DNA of 32,000 nucleotides from Dickeya solani IPO 2222 (GTDB lineage Bacteria; Pseudomonadota; Gammaproteobacteria; Enterobacterales; Enterobacteriaceae): NCBI RefSeq assembly GCF_001644705.1, contig NZ_CP015137.1, positions 2,160,001 to 2,192,000 of the forward strand, read 5' to 3'. Shown piece by piece: positions 13,355 to 22,941 of this stretch (position 1 is its first letter; each line of letters starts with the position of its first letter). The notes under the pieces were generated by a model. It saw only the letters and a program-made list of their open reading frames with translations, ran no database searches and was not told where the DNA came from. The position numbers and the translations under genes were made by a program.

Positions 13355-13440
13355 TGGCGTTACACTTTTCGTTGGCGTTACATTTTTCGCTGGCGTTATA
13401 TCTCGTTGGCATTAGATTTTTTCGCCAGCGTTACACTGTG
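13355..13440. repeat. Tandem repeat of about 18 bp, about 4.5 units, in the rbn/gor divergent promoter region
   Basis: Units are TGGCGTTACACTTTTCGT (13355), TGGCGTTACATTTTTCGC (13373), TGGCGTTATATCTCGT (13391), TGGCATTAGATTTTTTCGCC (13407) and AGCGTTACACTGTG (13427). Confidence 0.9.
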
Positions 13441-13536
13441 AATCGTATTTCGCATCGGCGCCAGCATCGGTGAGGCGGCGGGATACGGTCTATTTACCTT
13501 TATTGAACGTTTATCGAAAGCAAGCGTGGAGCCCTG

Positions 13537-14889
13537 ATGACCAGACATTATGACTATCTCGCCATTGGTGGCGGCAGCGGCGGCATTGCCTCCATCAACC
13601 GTGCGGCCATGTACGGAAAAAAATGCGCGCTGATTGAAGCCAAATACCTGGGCGGCACCTGCGTCAATGTCGGGTGCGTGCCGAAAAAGGTGATGTGGCA
13701 TGCGGCGCAAATCGCCGAAGCCATTCACCACTACGGGCCGGACTATGGTTTTGATGTCACCGTCAATCAGTTTAGCTGGGATACGTTGCTGAAAAACCGC
13801 AGCGCCTACATTGACCGTATCCACCAGTCTTACCATAACGTGTTGGGGAAAAATCAGGTCGAGGTGATTCAGGGCTTTGCCCGTTTCGTGGATGCGAAAA
13901 CGGTGGAAGTGAACGGCGAGCGCATTACCGCCGACCATATCCTGATCGCTACCGGCGGCCGGCCGACGCGGCCGGTGATTCCCGGTGCGGAGTACGGCAT
14001 TGATTCCGATGGTTTCTTTGCACTGACCGCGCTGCCGCAACGGGTTGCCGTGGTGGGTGCCGGTTATATCGCGGTGGAGATCGCCGGCGTGCTGAACGCG
14101 CTTGGCTCCGAGGTTCACCTGTTTGTGCGCAAGCATGCGCCGCTACGCCAGTTTGACCCGCTGATTGTGGACACGCTGGTGGAAGTGATGAATACCGAAG
14201 GCCCGGCGCTGCACACCGAGTCTATCCCCAAAACGGTGGTGAAAAACGCCGACGGCAGCCTGACGCTGCAACTGGAAAGCGGATACGAGCAAACCGTGGA
14301 TTGCCTGATTTGGGCGATCGGCCGCGAACCGGCGAACGATAAGATCAATCTGGATGCGGCGGGCGTGGCGCTCAACAGCAAAGGCTACATCGTGGTGGAT
14401 AAGTTCCAGAACACCACGGTGCCGGGCATTTACGCGGTGGGCGACAACACCGGCGCCGTTGAGCTGACGCCGGTCGCCGTGGCGGCAGGGCGTCGTCTGT
14501 CCGAACGCTTGTTCAACAACAAGCCGGACGAGCATCTGGATTACACCAATATCCCGACCGTGGTGTTCAGCCATCCGCCGATCGGCACCGTCGGGCTGAC
14601 CGAGCCGCAGGCGCGCGAGCAGTACGGCGACGATCAGGTTAAGGTGTATAAGTCCGCGTTTACCGCCATGTACACCGCGGTGACGCAGCACCGTCAGCCG
14701 TGCCGCATGAAGCTGGTGTGCGTGGGGCCGGAAGAGAAAATCGTCGGCGTGCACGGCATCGGCTTCGGTATGGATGAAATCCTGCAGGGCTTTGCGGTGG
14801 CGGTGAAGATGGGCGCGACCAAAAAAGACTTCGACGACACGGTGGCGATTCATCCAACGGCGTCGGAAGAGTTTGTGACCATGCGATAA
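13537..14889 (+). CDS. gor: Glutathione-disulfide reductase
   Basis: 450 aa. [54 protein letters not shown] carries the FAD GxGxxG motif and the redox-active CVNVGC. The C-terminal HPT(A/S)SEE motif is present. Colinear with E. coli Gor. Confidence 0.96.
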   Translation: MTRHYDYLAIGGGSGGIASINRAAMYGKKCALIEAKYLGGTCVNVGCVPKKVMWHAAQIAEAIHHYGPDYGFDVTVNQFSWDTLLKNRSAYIDRIHQSYHNVLGKNQVEVIQGFARFVDAKTVEVNGERITADHILIATGGRPTRPVIPGAEYGIDSDGFFALTALPQRVAVVGAGYIAVEIAGVLNALGSEVHLFVRKHAPLRQFDPLIVDTLVEVMNTEGPALHTESIPKTVVKNADGSLTLQLESGYEQTVDCLIWAIGREPANDKINLDAAGVALNSKGYIVVDKFQNTTVPGIYAVGDNTGAVELTPVAVAAGRRLSERLFNNKPDEHLDYTNIPTVVFSHPPIGTVGLTEPQAREQYGDDQVKVYKSAFTAMYTAVTQHRQPCRMKLVCVGPEEKIVGVHGIGFGMDEILQGFAVAVKMGATKKDFDDTVAIHPTASEEFVTMR

Positions 14890-14924
14890 CCCCGAAGCCG
14901 TGATGTGCTCACAGCGCGGTGACA

Positions 14925-14957
14925 ATCAGGGTGAGGTAATCCTCACCCTGATTTATT
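14925..14957 (+). terminator. Rho-independent terminator after gor
   Basis: A 12-bp perfect stem, ATCAGGGTGAGG with CCTCACCCTGAT, has loop TAAT and is followed by TTATT. Confidence 0.75.
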
Positions 14958-15001
14958 GTCAGCCCTAAACCACCTCCTCGGGAAGTGGTGATTGTTTAAG
15001 G

Positions 15002-16429
15002 TCAGTAATACCCCAGCAGATTCCACCACACCAGCCCGACCGCAAAGGTCACGATGACATTGACCGTCACCACGCATAAATTGATTTTGTAAAACCGCGG
15101 TCGTTCAAAATAACCCTGAGCAAAATAAATCGGCCCCGGCCCACCGCCGTATTCGGTATTTCCCCACATCAGGTTGCTGAAAATACCAAAGCATATCGCC
15201 ACCATGACCGGGGGTGCGCCTGCGGCAATCGCGGTAGCGGCAAAAGGCGCATACAGCGCGGCGACATGGCCGGTCGCGGTGGCGAAAAGGTAATGGACGT
15301 AAATATAGATCAACCCAAGTAAGACAAACGTGCCCATCGCGCCAAAGCCGTGAATGGCGCCGCCCATTTTAACCGTCATCCATTTGATGAAACCCAAATC
15401 GGACAGGCCGCCGGCCAGGCTGATGATCACGCTAAACCAAATGACGGTATCCCAGGCGGCCTGGTCTTTGAGCAGGGCTTTCCAGTCAACCGCGCGTGAG
15501 GCAAACAGATAGGCGGCAAGACCCAGCCCAACGGCGGTGGCCGAGAGCCCGGTAATCAGGCTGGTTCCCCAGCCAATCAGCGCCAGCAGAAATCCCAGCG
15601 CGACTTTTTTCTCGGCGGGCGTCATCGTTCCCAGTTCGGCGAGCGCCTGTTTCCCCATCTGTTTGGCTTCTGGGGTGCGCTTTAATTCGGGGTTGAGCAA
15701 CTTGTAGACCAGCAGCGGCATCAGGCAGAAACACACCATGGCCGGCACCACCGCGGCGATAAACCAACTTCCCCAGGTGATTTCGACATTCAGCGAGGAT
15801 TTCGCCAGGCTGCCCACCAGCGGATTCGCCGCCATGCCCGTCAGAAAAATGGCGCCGGTTATCGGGGTGAACTGGAAACAGACCATGATCAGGAAATCGC
15901 CGATTTTTTTCCCTGACTCACCCGGAGTAGAACCCAATACTTCATTGATGGAACGCACGATGGGGAAAATAATGCCCCCTGAGCGTGCGGTGACCGACGG
16001 CATGGCCGGCGCCATAATCAGGTCGGAAACCCCTAATGAATAGGCGATGCCCAGACTGCTGCCGCCGAATAATGACAGCATTTTATAGGCGATTCTTTTG
16101 CCGAGACCGGAGGTGACGAATCCCAGAGACAGAATATACGCGCAGAAGATTAACCAGACGGTTCCGCTGGAAAAGCCTGCCAGCGCTTTCGCTTCCGGCA
16201 GCGTCTGCGTAAAAATAACGACGCATAGCGCAATAATCATGACCGCGCCGGAGGGCAGCGGCTGGGTTAATATCGCGGCGATGGTGGCGAGAAAAATGGC
16301 AAACATATGCCATGCTTGCGGTGTTAATCCTTCGGGTACAGGGGAAAACCAGATTATGGTTCCCAATAACAGGGGAACCATAAAAGCGACGATTGATTTT
16401 CCCTTAGATGAATCAGATGACATCATCAT
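15002..16429 (-). CDS. DASS-family (divalent anion:Na+ symporter / CitT-TtdT-like) anion permease
   Basis: A 475-aa polytopic membrane protein. Its N-terminal pattern (FMVPLLLGTIIWFSPVPEGLTPQAWHMFAIFLATIAAILTQPLP) and overall layout resemble 2-oxoglutarate/malate, citrate and tartrate exchangers. It lies 32 bp downstream of the lyase gene on the same strand. Confidence 0.75.
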   Translation of the reverse strand: MMMSSDSSKGKSIVAFMVPLLLGTIIWFSPVPEGLTPQAWHMFAIFLATIAAILTQPLPSGAVMIIALCVVIFTQTLPEAKALAGFSSGTVWLIFCAYILSLGFVTSGLGKRIAYKMLSLFGGSSLGIAYSLGVSDLIMAPAMPSVTARSGGIIFPIVRSINEVLGSTPGESGKKIGDFLIMVCFQFTPITGAIFLTGMAANPLVGSLAKSSLNVEITWGSWFIAAVVPAMVCFCLMPLLVYKLLNPELKRTPEAKQMGKQALAELGTMTPAEKKVALGFLLALIGWGTSLITGLSATAVGLGLAAYLFASRAVDWKALLKDQAAWDTVIWFSVIISLAGGLSDLGFIKWMTVKMGGAIHGFGAMGTFVLLGLIYIYVHYLFATATGHVAALYAPFAATAIAAGAPPVMVAICFGIFSNLMWGNTEYGGGPGPIYFAQGYFERPRFYKINLCVVTVNVIVTFAVGLVWWNLLGYY

Positions 16430-16461
16430 CTCCTCAATCTTACGGGTTATTGGCTGGGGGG

Positions 16462-17814
16462 TTATTGCCGTTTGGCGGATTTTTCCAGCACCTGATCAAC
16501 CATTTCCGGCGCAATGCCGAGGTAATTGACCGGGTCCGTCAATTGTTCGATTAATTCCGGTTTGAGGCGGCTTGATACCTGAGGCATGTCGTTCAGCACG
16601 TCGGCCAGGCGCCCGCCTTGCGTATTGACGATGCGGCAGGCGTCGTAAACCACGTCGTGCGCATCCTGCCGGCCCATGTAAGGCGCCAGCCCCATCATCA
16701 CGGCTTCCGCCACGATCAGCCCTTTGGTCATATCGAGGTTTTTTGCCATCGCCTGTTCGTCGACAATCAGGCCGCTGAGCATGAATTTGGCCTGATTGAG
16801 CGCGCCGGCGGCCAGCACAAAGCTTTCCGGAATCGCGATCCATTCCGCGTGCCACGGGCCGGTGGCGCGTTCCAGATCTTGCACCATCGCATCCAGCATT
16901 AAGCCGGCGTGCTGGCGTACGCCTTTGGCGCAGGCGAGCATCAGTTCGCTGGAGATCGGATTACGTTTTTGCGGCATGGTGCTGCTGGCGCCGCGGCCTT
17001 TGACAAAGGGTTCGTACAGTTCGCCGAACTCGTTGGAGGCCAGCAGCATGACGTCATAGGCGATTTTCCCCAGCGATCCGGTGATGACGGCCAGCAAATT
17101 CACCGCTTCGGCGAAACCGTCGCGCGCCACATGCCAGGTGGAGGTCGGCACGCCCAGTTTCAGTTCTTCCATCATCGCTTTCTGCACCGCCAGACCTTTG
17201 TCGCCCAGCGACGCCAGCGTGCCGGCGGCGCCGGCGAATTCGCCGACCAGAATGCGCGGGCGTGCCTGCTCAAGGCGTTCAGCGTGGCGGTCAAACATAT
17301 CCAGCCAGATAGCGGCCTTATAGCCGAAGGTGATGGGCAACGCCTGTTGCAGATGGGTTCTGCCCGCCATCGGGGTATTGCGATAGCGCCGCGCCAGATC
17401 GGCGAGGGTGTTACGCAGCGACCGGATATCCGCCTCGATCAGATCGAAGGCGTCGCGGATCTGCAACACCACCGCCGTATCCATGATGTCCTGCGTGGTC
17501 GCGCCCCAGTGCACGTAGCCGCCGGATGCCCCGGCCTGTTTCGAGATTTGATGGACCAGCGGTAAAATCGGGTAGCCGACGATTTCGGTTTCATGCCGCA
17601 GGAGGTCGAAATCCAGCGTGTCGGCGTTACAGGTCTTGGCGATCTCGTCGGCGGCTTGCTGTGGGATGACGCCGCAGCGGGCTTCGGCTTTCGCCAGCGC
17701 GATCTCAACTTCAACGTATTTTCGAATCAATTCATGGTCGTCAAAAATGGCGCGCATTTCCGGCGTGCCGAACGAGTCCCTGAACAGAATAGAATCAAGA
17801 ACATTCGATGCCAT
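16462..17814 (-). CDS. Fumarate-lyase superfamily enzyme (adenylosuccinate lyase / 3-carboxymuconate cycloisomerase-like), substrate unknown
   Basis: The ORF opens at 17955, but the ATG at 17814 is preceded by GGGAGGG and gives MASNVLDSILFRDSFGTPEMRAIFDD, a typical PurB/PcaB-family N-terminus. The superfamily signature GASSTMPQKRNP is present. Product is 450 aa. Confidence 0.85.
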   Translation of the reverse strand: MASNVLDSILFRDSFGTPEMRAIFDDHELIRKYVEVEIALAKAEARCGVIPQQAADEIAKTCNADTLDFDLLRHETEIVGYPILPLVHQISKQAGASGGYVHWGATTQDIMDTAVVLQIRDAFDLIEADIRSLRNTLADLARRYRNTPMAGRTHLQQALPITFGYKAAIWLDMFDRHAERLEQARPRILVGEFAGAAGTLASLGDKGLAVQKAMMEELKLGVPTSTWHVARDGFAEAVNLLAVITGSLGKIAYDVMLLASNEFGELYEPFVKGRGASSTMPQKRNPISSELMLACAKGVRQHAGLMLDAMVQDLERATGPWHAEWIAIPESFVLAAGALNQAKFMLSGLIVDEQAMAKNLDMTKGLIVAEAVMMGLAPYMGRQDAHDVVYDACRIVNTQGGRLADVLNDMPQVSSRLKPELIEQLTDPVNYLGIAPEMVDQVLEKSAKRQ

Positions 17815-17907
17815 AGTGAACCCTCCCGGGTGTGATTTAGTGATAGACTGACCGGCAACAGCGGTCTCGGTACGGTATGTCCGCGACGACCGATAAGGGT
17901 GATGAAA

Positions 17908-17938
17908 ATGTCCGGACATATTTAAAATGTACGGACAT
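17908..17938. promoter_or_regulatory. Two palindromic candidate GntR/HutC operators in the divergent promoter region
   Basis: ATGTCCGGACAT (17908-17919) is a perfect 12-bp palindrome. ATGTACGGACAT (17927-17938) is 10/12 palindromic, with centres 19 bp apart. A further half-site ATGTCCG lies at 17877. The GT..AC core is typical of GntR-family operators. Confidence 0.55.
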
Positions 17939-18022
17939 TTATAGCGAGTGTACATAGCCAGCGGAAGTGTTTACTCACCGCTTTGTGATAGTGATCATTA
18001 ATTTTTCGAAGAACGTATCTCT

Positions 18023-18757
18023 ATGAAAGAGTCCCTCTATAAGCGGATTGCCCGTGAGCTGGCGCAGGACATCGTTTCCGGCAAGTACCCGGCAGGTTCG
18101 CTTTTCCCGACCGAAAAGGCGCTCTGTGAGGTGTATCAGGCCAGCCGGCATACTGTGCGGGAAGCCCTGCGCGAGCTTACCGAGCAAGGACTGATCTCAA
18201 GACGCAAAGGCGCCGGGACCCACGTCACCGATGCCAGGGACGGGAACACGAACCATCCGCTGGCAAACCTGGAAGATTTGCTGGCGCTGGCCAGGAATAA
18301 TGTGCGGGTGGTGAAAAAGATTGATGAGATCGTCGCCGATTATGAATTGTCGCAAATCATCGGTTGTCCGCCGGGGTCGCGTTGGCTGCATATCGCGAGT
18401 ATTCGGGAAGACAGTATCAAGCCGGACGCGCCGATTTGCTGGACGGACAGCTATGCCAGCGTTGCCTACGACAAGGTCAGGCGCCTCGTTCGTAGCGACC
18501 CGTTTTCGCTGATCAGCGATTTGATCGAAAGTCACTATGGCGTGCAAAGCAAGGAAGTACACCAGACCATTACGGCGGTTGGCGTGCCGGCTAAAATTGC
18601 GAAACAGCTGGGGGTGGAAACCGGGTCGCCGGCGTTGAAAATCATACGGCGCTATCTGGATCGCAACGGTGAAACCTTTGAAACGACCATCTCCATTCAT
18701 CCCGCCGGGCGATATACCTGTTCGATCGTTCTGAAACACCACGATGGTAATGGCTAG
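18023..18757 (+). CDS. GntR-family transcriptional regulator, HutC subfamily (wHTH + UTRA effector domain)
   Basis: 244 aa. The N-terminal winged HTH is LFPTEKALCEVYQASRHTVREALRELTEQGLISRRKGAGTHV, and the C-terminal half is UTRA-like. The gene is divergent from the lyase-permease operon. Confidence 0.88.
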   Translation: MKESLYKRIARELAQDIVSGKYPAGSLFPTEKALCEVYQASRHTVREALRELTEQGLISRRKGAGTHVTDARDGNTNHPLANLEDLLALARNNVRVVKKIDEIVADYELSQIIGCPPGSRWLHIASIREDSIKPDAPICWTDSYASVAYDKVRRLVRSDPFSLISDLIESHYGVQSKEVHQTITAVGVPAKIAKQLGVETGSPALKIIRRYLDRNGETFETTISIHPAGRYTCSIVLKHHDGNG

Positions 18758-18775
18758 CGTCGGCTGACGGCGCTT

Positions 18776-18847
18776 TTACCCACCCTGATACCGCCCCGGC
18801 TTATGCCAGTTCATCAGCATGGCGTTCATCGCCAGCGCACTGAGCGC
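18776..18847. repeat. Left 72-bp direct repeat: non-functional copy of the YitT-gene 3' end
   Basis: 69 of 72 positions are identical to 22987-23058. On the minus strand it reads ALSALAMNAMLMNWHKPGRYQGG*, but three in-frame TGA codons lie immediately upstream, so it is an orphan remnant. Confidence 0.9.
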
Positions 18848-19249
18848 TCATCATCATCGCAGAGTATTTCGTTATTTTTTGGGTGTAGTCATTTGTTGAG
18901 TGCGGCAATTGCCGCCGCAGAAATTTGTAATGATTTACCGCAAGCCTGCAATGGTCTTTCATAAAAAGGTACTCTGAGAAATAGACTTGTAATTGTTTTT
19001 CAGAGCTATCTGATGATGTACTCATCATCGTTTTATTTAATTTTTTCTTTTTTTCAGTAGAATTTTTTAGTCGATTAAGTTCCGATCGTATTAATTTTCT
19101 GTGATGGGTTTTCGGGGTGAGTCGGAAATCTTATCTCGTATTCCTAATAGATTCTTTATGTTAAATATTGTTTTTTATTTCTGGGAGGTGAAACAACGGG
19201 TGAAGATATATTGCTAAATCGCATCTTTGATAAGTGCATGGTGGCGTTA

Positions 19250-20653
19250 ATGAATTTTCTTTCTGTCGAGTTTTCCTTTTGTTTTGTCGCCTTATTTTTG
19301 ATTTATTGGATTTTTTCTCCCTGGATAAAAATACAGAATCTTATCCTGCTTGTGACGAGTTATGGCCTCATTTTTCTATCCAGCTGGCAGTCTCTGACGG
19401 TATTGCTGTTGTTTAGTGCTTGTGTTTTTTTTCTTTTAAAGTTAGCGGTTAATGTTGAATTAAGAAAACTTTCTGTTTATTTGTTGATGTTTTTTACTGT
19501 TTTTTTCTTTGTTATGTTTAAGTATTACTCAGGTCTGCGCGATGGTGTGCAAACGACACTCAGTGAGTATGATATTACTATCAGTCTTCCCGTGCTTAAT
19601 GTGTTGCTTCCTATTGGCTTATCATTCTATATATTTAACGCCGTTAGTCTGGTTGTGTCCGTTGCAAAAGGAGAGATAAAGCAAAGTAATATTTTTAATA
19701 CTTTGCTTTATCTAAGCTTTTTCCCCACCTTTCTTTCCGGACCGATCAATCGGGCAACCAGACTATTACCCCAGATAGAGACAAAACATCCGCGCCAGCT
19801 AACAGAATGGCCACGGGCTCTGTTTCTTATTGCATTAGCGATGGCCAAGCTATTCGGCTTAAACGAATGGCTGGATGAAAACTATGTTTCATCTGTATTC
19901 ACCGATCCCGAAAATTATACTGGCTGGCAGTGTCTATTGGCGACTTACGCATGGGCCTGGCAGATTTATTTCAACTTTTCTGGTTACACTAATTTGGTAA
20001 CAGGGATTGCTATTTTACTTGGGTTTCAGATAAACGCCAACTTTGCACATCCTTATGTTGCTGAAAATATAAAAGATTTTTGGCGTCGATGGCATATAAG
20101 CCTGTCTTCATTCATTCGTGATTATATCTATATTCCGTTAGGGGGAAGTCGACAGGGATGGTGGCATACGCAACTCAACATTTTCATTGCGATGGTATTG
20201 TCTGGTGTCTGGCATGGTACCAGTATTACCTTTTTAATGTGGGGAGGAATACATGGTATCGGGTTGATTGTCTATAACTTCTGGGTTAAATATCGTCAGA
20301 CGAAAAACACAATTCTGATACCAGGATGTATAGCGCGGTTACTCACCTTTCATTTTGTTTGTCTGGCCTGGATTTTCTTTAAGGCTGGCAGTGTGCATGA
20401 TGCGTTACACATGCTGGGGATTATCTCCAGAGCAGATGTGGCGCAGTTGACGGTAAACGAGATGTGGGGAATTGCTGGTTTTATTGTTTTATCAATTGTC
20501 TATCCATCGTTAATAACACTGCGTGAAAATATCGCTAATACGCTGAAACGCCTCGAATGGTATATGGTGCCTTTCGTAATCGTTTCATTTTTAGCGTTGG
20601 TTTTCTTTTTTTCGCCTTCTGGCGTGCCGGGATTTATCTATGCGAACTTCTGA
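19250..20653 (+). CDS. MBOAT-family membrane-bound O-acyltransferase (PatA/AlgI/DltB-like)
   Basis: The ORF runs 19211..20653. The ATG at 19250 gives MNFLSVEFSFCFVALFLIYW, a typical MBOAT N-terminus, but the start is uncertain (ATG 19238 or TTG 19211 are possible). The MBOAT signature FWRRWHISLSSFIRDYIYIPLGGSR carries the catalytic His. The protein is polytopic. Confidence 0.9.
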   Translation: MNFLSVEFSFCFVALFLIYWIFSPWIKIQNLILLVTSYGLIFLSSWQSLTVLLLFSACVFFLLKLAVNVELRKLSVYLLMFFTVFFFVMFKYYSGLRDGVQTTLSEYDITISLPVLNVLLPIGLSFYIFNAVSLVVSVAKGEIKQSNIFNTLLYLSFFPTFLSGPINRATRLLPQIETKHPRQLTEWPRALFLIALAMAKLFGLNEWLDENYVSSVFTDPENYTGWQCLLATYAWAWQIYFNFSGYTNLVTGIAILLGFQINANFAHPYVAENIKDFWRRWHISLSSFIRDYIYIPLGGSRQGWWHTQLNIFIAMVLSGVWHGTSITFLMWGGIHGIGLIVYNFWVKYRQTKNTILIPGCIARLLTFHFVCLAWIFFKAGSVHDALHMLGIISRADVAQLTVNEMWGIAGFIVLSIVYPSLITLRENIANTLKRLEWYMVPFVIVSFLALVFFFSPSGVPGFIYANF

Positions 20654-21731
20654 ATACCGCACCACGTTGGCTCATGTTTTTAAGAGCCTGTTTGTGATAT
20701 TGAGCTGTATGGTTGGGTTGATATGGCTGGATCAGCAATCAATCAATAGTTATTGGGAGCTACATTTTCATACTAAAAGTCCGTGGGATGGCATCACCAG
20801 TCCATCATGGATATTCGGTAATCATCTGATGAAAGCCTCACTGGCAGCCAAAGATACATTTGTGGAGAGCCTGGCATCGGCTCCAGAAGGCAATACATTG
20901 CAGTCGATGCCTGACGACGACACAGCACCTGTACCACTGCAGCACACAGCAACCCCTTCTGGGAAAAAACCGTTACCCTCTGCCGCTGCCAAAGAGCCTG
21001 CCAATCACGTTGACGGCAATTCAACTAACCGTTCTGTGAACAGTACCGGCAATGCCAGTAGCGAGGCAGGTACTGTGGTATTGAAAAATGGGCAGACCGT
21101 CCTGTTTATTGGTGATTCTATGATGGAGGGCGTAGCGCCTCACGTCATTAAAATGTTACGCGACCGCTATAGTGTGGCCGGTATTGATTTAAGTAAACGT
21201 AGCACTGGCCTGACGTATCCCCGTTTTTTCAACTGGCCGTTAATATTGAGCCGTGAGTTGGAAAAAAGGCAGAATATTGGGTTGTTGGTGGTGTTTTTAG
21301 GATCAAACGATCCCTGGGATATGCCGTCTGGTAATGGTAAGAATTTCCTGAAGTTTGAGTCGCCTGCGTGGGAGAGCGCGTATCGTGACCGTATTCGTTC
21401 TATACTGAATTTAGCTCGTGAAAAACAGATTCCTGTCATATGGGTTTCTCCCCCGAATGTAGAGAATAAGAAACTCAATCATGGGATTAATTATATTAAT
21501 GGTTTGTTTGAGTCCGAAGTAAAAGCTGAAAATGAAATATCCATTCGGGGGAATGAGGTGTTTGGCTATCAGAATAGTGTCTATTCCCCTGATATGGAAC
21601 AGGATAAGACGAAAGTACGGATTCGCACTAATGATGGTGTTCATTTCTCGCTAACGGGACAAAAAATGATTGCCGAACGTATTTTTTCGAAAATAAACGT
21701 GAGGCCCTCATTGAACGAGGTAAGTCATTAG
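20640..21731 (+). CDS. Membrane-anchored SGNH/GDSL-fold protein, PatB-like O-acetyltransferase candidate
   Basis: 363 aa. It has an N-terminal TM anchor (LFVILSCMVGLIWL) and a low-complexity Pro/Ser/Ala/Asn linker. The SGNH blocks are FIGDSMM (Ser160), FLGSNDPW and NDGVHFS (Asp332/His335). The start overlaps the MBOAT stop by 14 nt, suggesting translational coupling. Confidence 0.75.
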   Translation: MRTSEYRTTLAHVFKSLFVILSCMVGLIWLDQQSINSYWELHFHTKSPWDGITSPSWIFGNHLMKASLAAKDTFVESLASAPEGNTLQSMPDDDTAPVPLQHTATPSGKKPLPSAAAKEPANHVDGNSTNRSVNSTGNASSEAGTVVLKNGQTVLFIGDSMMEGVAPHVIKMLRDRYSVAGIDLSKRSTGLTYPRFFNWPLILSRELEKRQNIGLLVVFLGSNDPWDMPSGNGKNFLKFESPAWESAYRDRIRSILNLAREKQIPVIWVSPPNVENKKLNHGINYINGLFESEVKAENEISIRGNEVFGYQNSVYSPDMEQDKTKVRIRTNDGVHFSLTGQKMIAERIFSKINVRPSLNEVSH

Positions 21732-21732
21732 C

Positions 21733-22941
21733 ATGCCAGATAAAATGATGGGTAAAAACAGGTGTTTGATGATGACGCTCTGTCTGATTCAGCTTACATC
21801 CTGTGGCCGGGGAAATAATAGTTTTCCTCAAGCCACTACGTTTCCTGTGGCTGGGGGAAATGCGATTCAGTTAATCGATTATGGCGATCCAGGGTTGCAG
21901 CAACTCAAATATAAATTAAGTCATAGCGATAGAGAAAAGATTCACATCCTGCAATTGGGTGATTCGCATACCGCGTCGGACTTTTTTTCCGGGCAGCTGC
22001 GTCGTCATTTTAAACAGCAGTATGGAGACGGCGGCGTCGGTTTTATTAGTCCTTTGGCAATATCTGGCAACCGCTTTGATAACGTCTTGTTCCCAACCGC
22101 CAAAGGCTGGGACATGATAACCAGTCGAAAAACCAGTAATGCGGGATTTACATTAGGCGGTAATATCGCCACGCCACGTCAGGACAATAATGACGCTGAG
22201 TTGGTTGTGCGTGACACTGAGCCGACCTTTTCAATGCAAGCGCTGTACCGTAATCAGACGAACGGGAAGATACAGATCCAGCATCGGACGGTTGTTCTGC
22301 CATGCAGTCAGTCCCGCTGGACATTGAGCCAGCCGGTGACTGTCCAGTCGCCTGTCAGGTATTCGCTGGCGCCTTCGGGAGGGAGCCAACTGGCCGGATG
22401 GCTACTGTCGTCCAGTAACAGCGGTGGCGTCATGTTGAGTGCGCTTGGTATCAACGGCGCCCGGGTTTCCATGCTGGATAAATGGCGCGATAACTGGTTA
22501 TCCACGTTACAAATGCTGAAGCCGGATATGGTCATCATGGCGTACGGCACGAACGAAGCCTTTGACCAACAACTTGATATCCAACGTTATCAGCAAAATT
22601 ATAGCGAATATGTACAGGCTATCAGGCGTGTGTTGCCGGAAGCGGTCATTTTGCTGGTTGGCCCCGGTAGCAGCATCAGCAATAAAAATGGCGCATCTTG
22701 TCAGCAGCTCCAGCCAGCTTTGCTAAAACCGGTTATTCAGGCCCAGCGAGAGGTTGCCCAATCCTATCACACGCTGTTTTGGAACTGGTTTGATTACATG
22801 GGGGGAGACTGCGCTATTGAACGCTGGCAACAACAGGGAATTGCACGTCCTGACTTGATTCATCTGACCCAGCAAGGGTACGAGCGTAGTGCTGACGCGC
22901 TATGGCAGCAGTTTGCGGCATTACTCAATGCAACTCAGTAA
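21733..22941 (+). CDS. SGNH/GDSL-fold lipoprotein, Ape1-like O-acetyl esterase candidate
   Basis: 402 aa. The signal peptide has lipobox LTSC (Cys24). The SGNH blocks are LGDSHT (Ser78) and PDLIHLT (Asp374/His377), separated by a long insert. Size and triad spacing resemble Neisseria Ape1 (Ser80/Asp366/His369, from memory). The gene starts 1 nt after the upstream stop. Confidence 0.7.
   Translation: MPDKMMGKNRCLMMTLCLIQLTSCGRGNNSFPQATTFPVAGGNAIQLIDYGDPGLQQLKYKLSHSDREKIHILQLGDSHTASDFFSGQLRRHFKQQYGDGGVGFISPLAISGNRFDNVLFPTAKGWDMITSRKTSNAGFTLGGNIATPRQDNNDAELVVRDTEPTFSMQALYRNQTNGKIQIQHRTVVLPCSQSRWTLSQPVTVQSPVRYSLAPSGGSQLAGWLLSSSNSGGVMLSALGINGARVSMLDKWRDNWLSTLQMLKPDMVIMAYGTNEAFDQQLDIQRYQQNYSEYVQAIRRVLPEAVILLVGPGSSISNKNGASCQQLQPALLKPVIQAQREVAQSYHTLFWNWFDYMGGDCAIERWQQQGIARPDLIHLTQQGYERSADALWQQFAALLNATQ

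Noticed and set aside
18801-19028. 75-aa minus-strand ORF at the left edge of the AT-rich islet.
   Set aside because: There is no RBS (AAAACG precedes the ATG). Its 3' part reads the 72-bp repeat in a frame different from the YitT frame. It looks like a chance ORF created at the insertion junction. It could be real, but nothing supports it.
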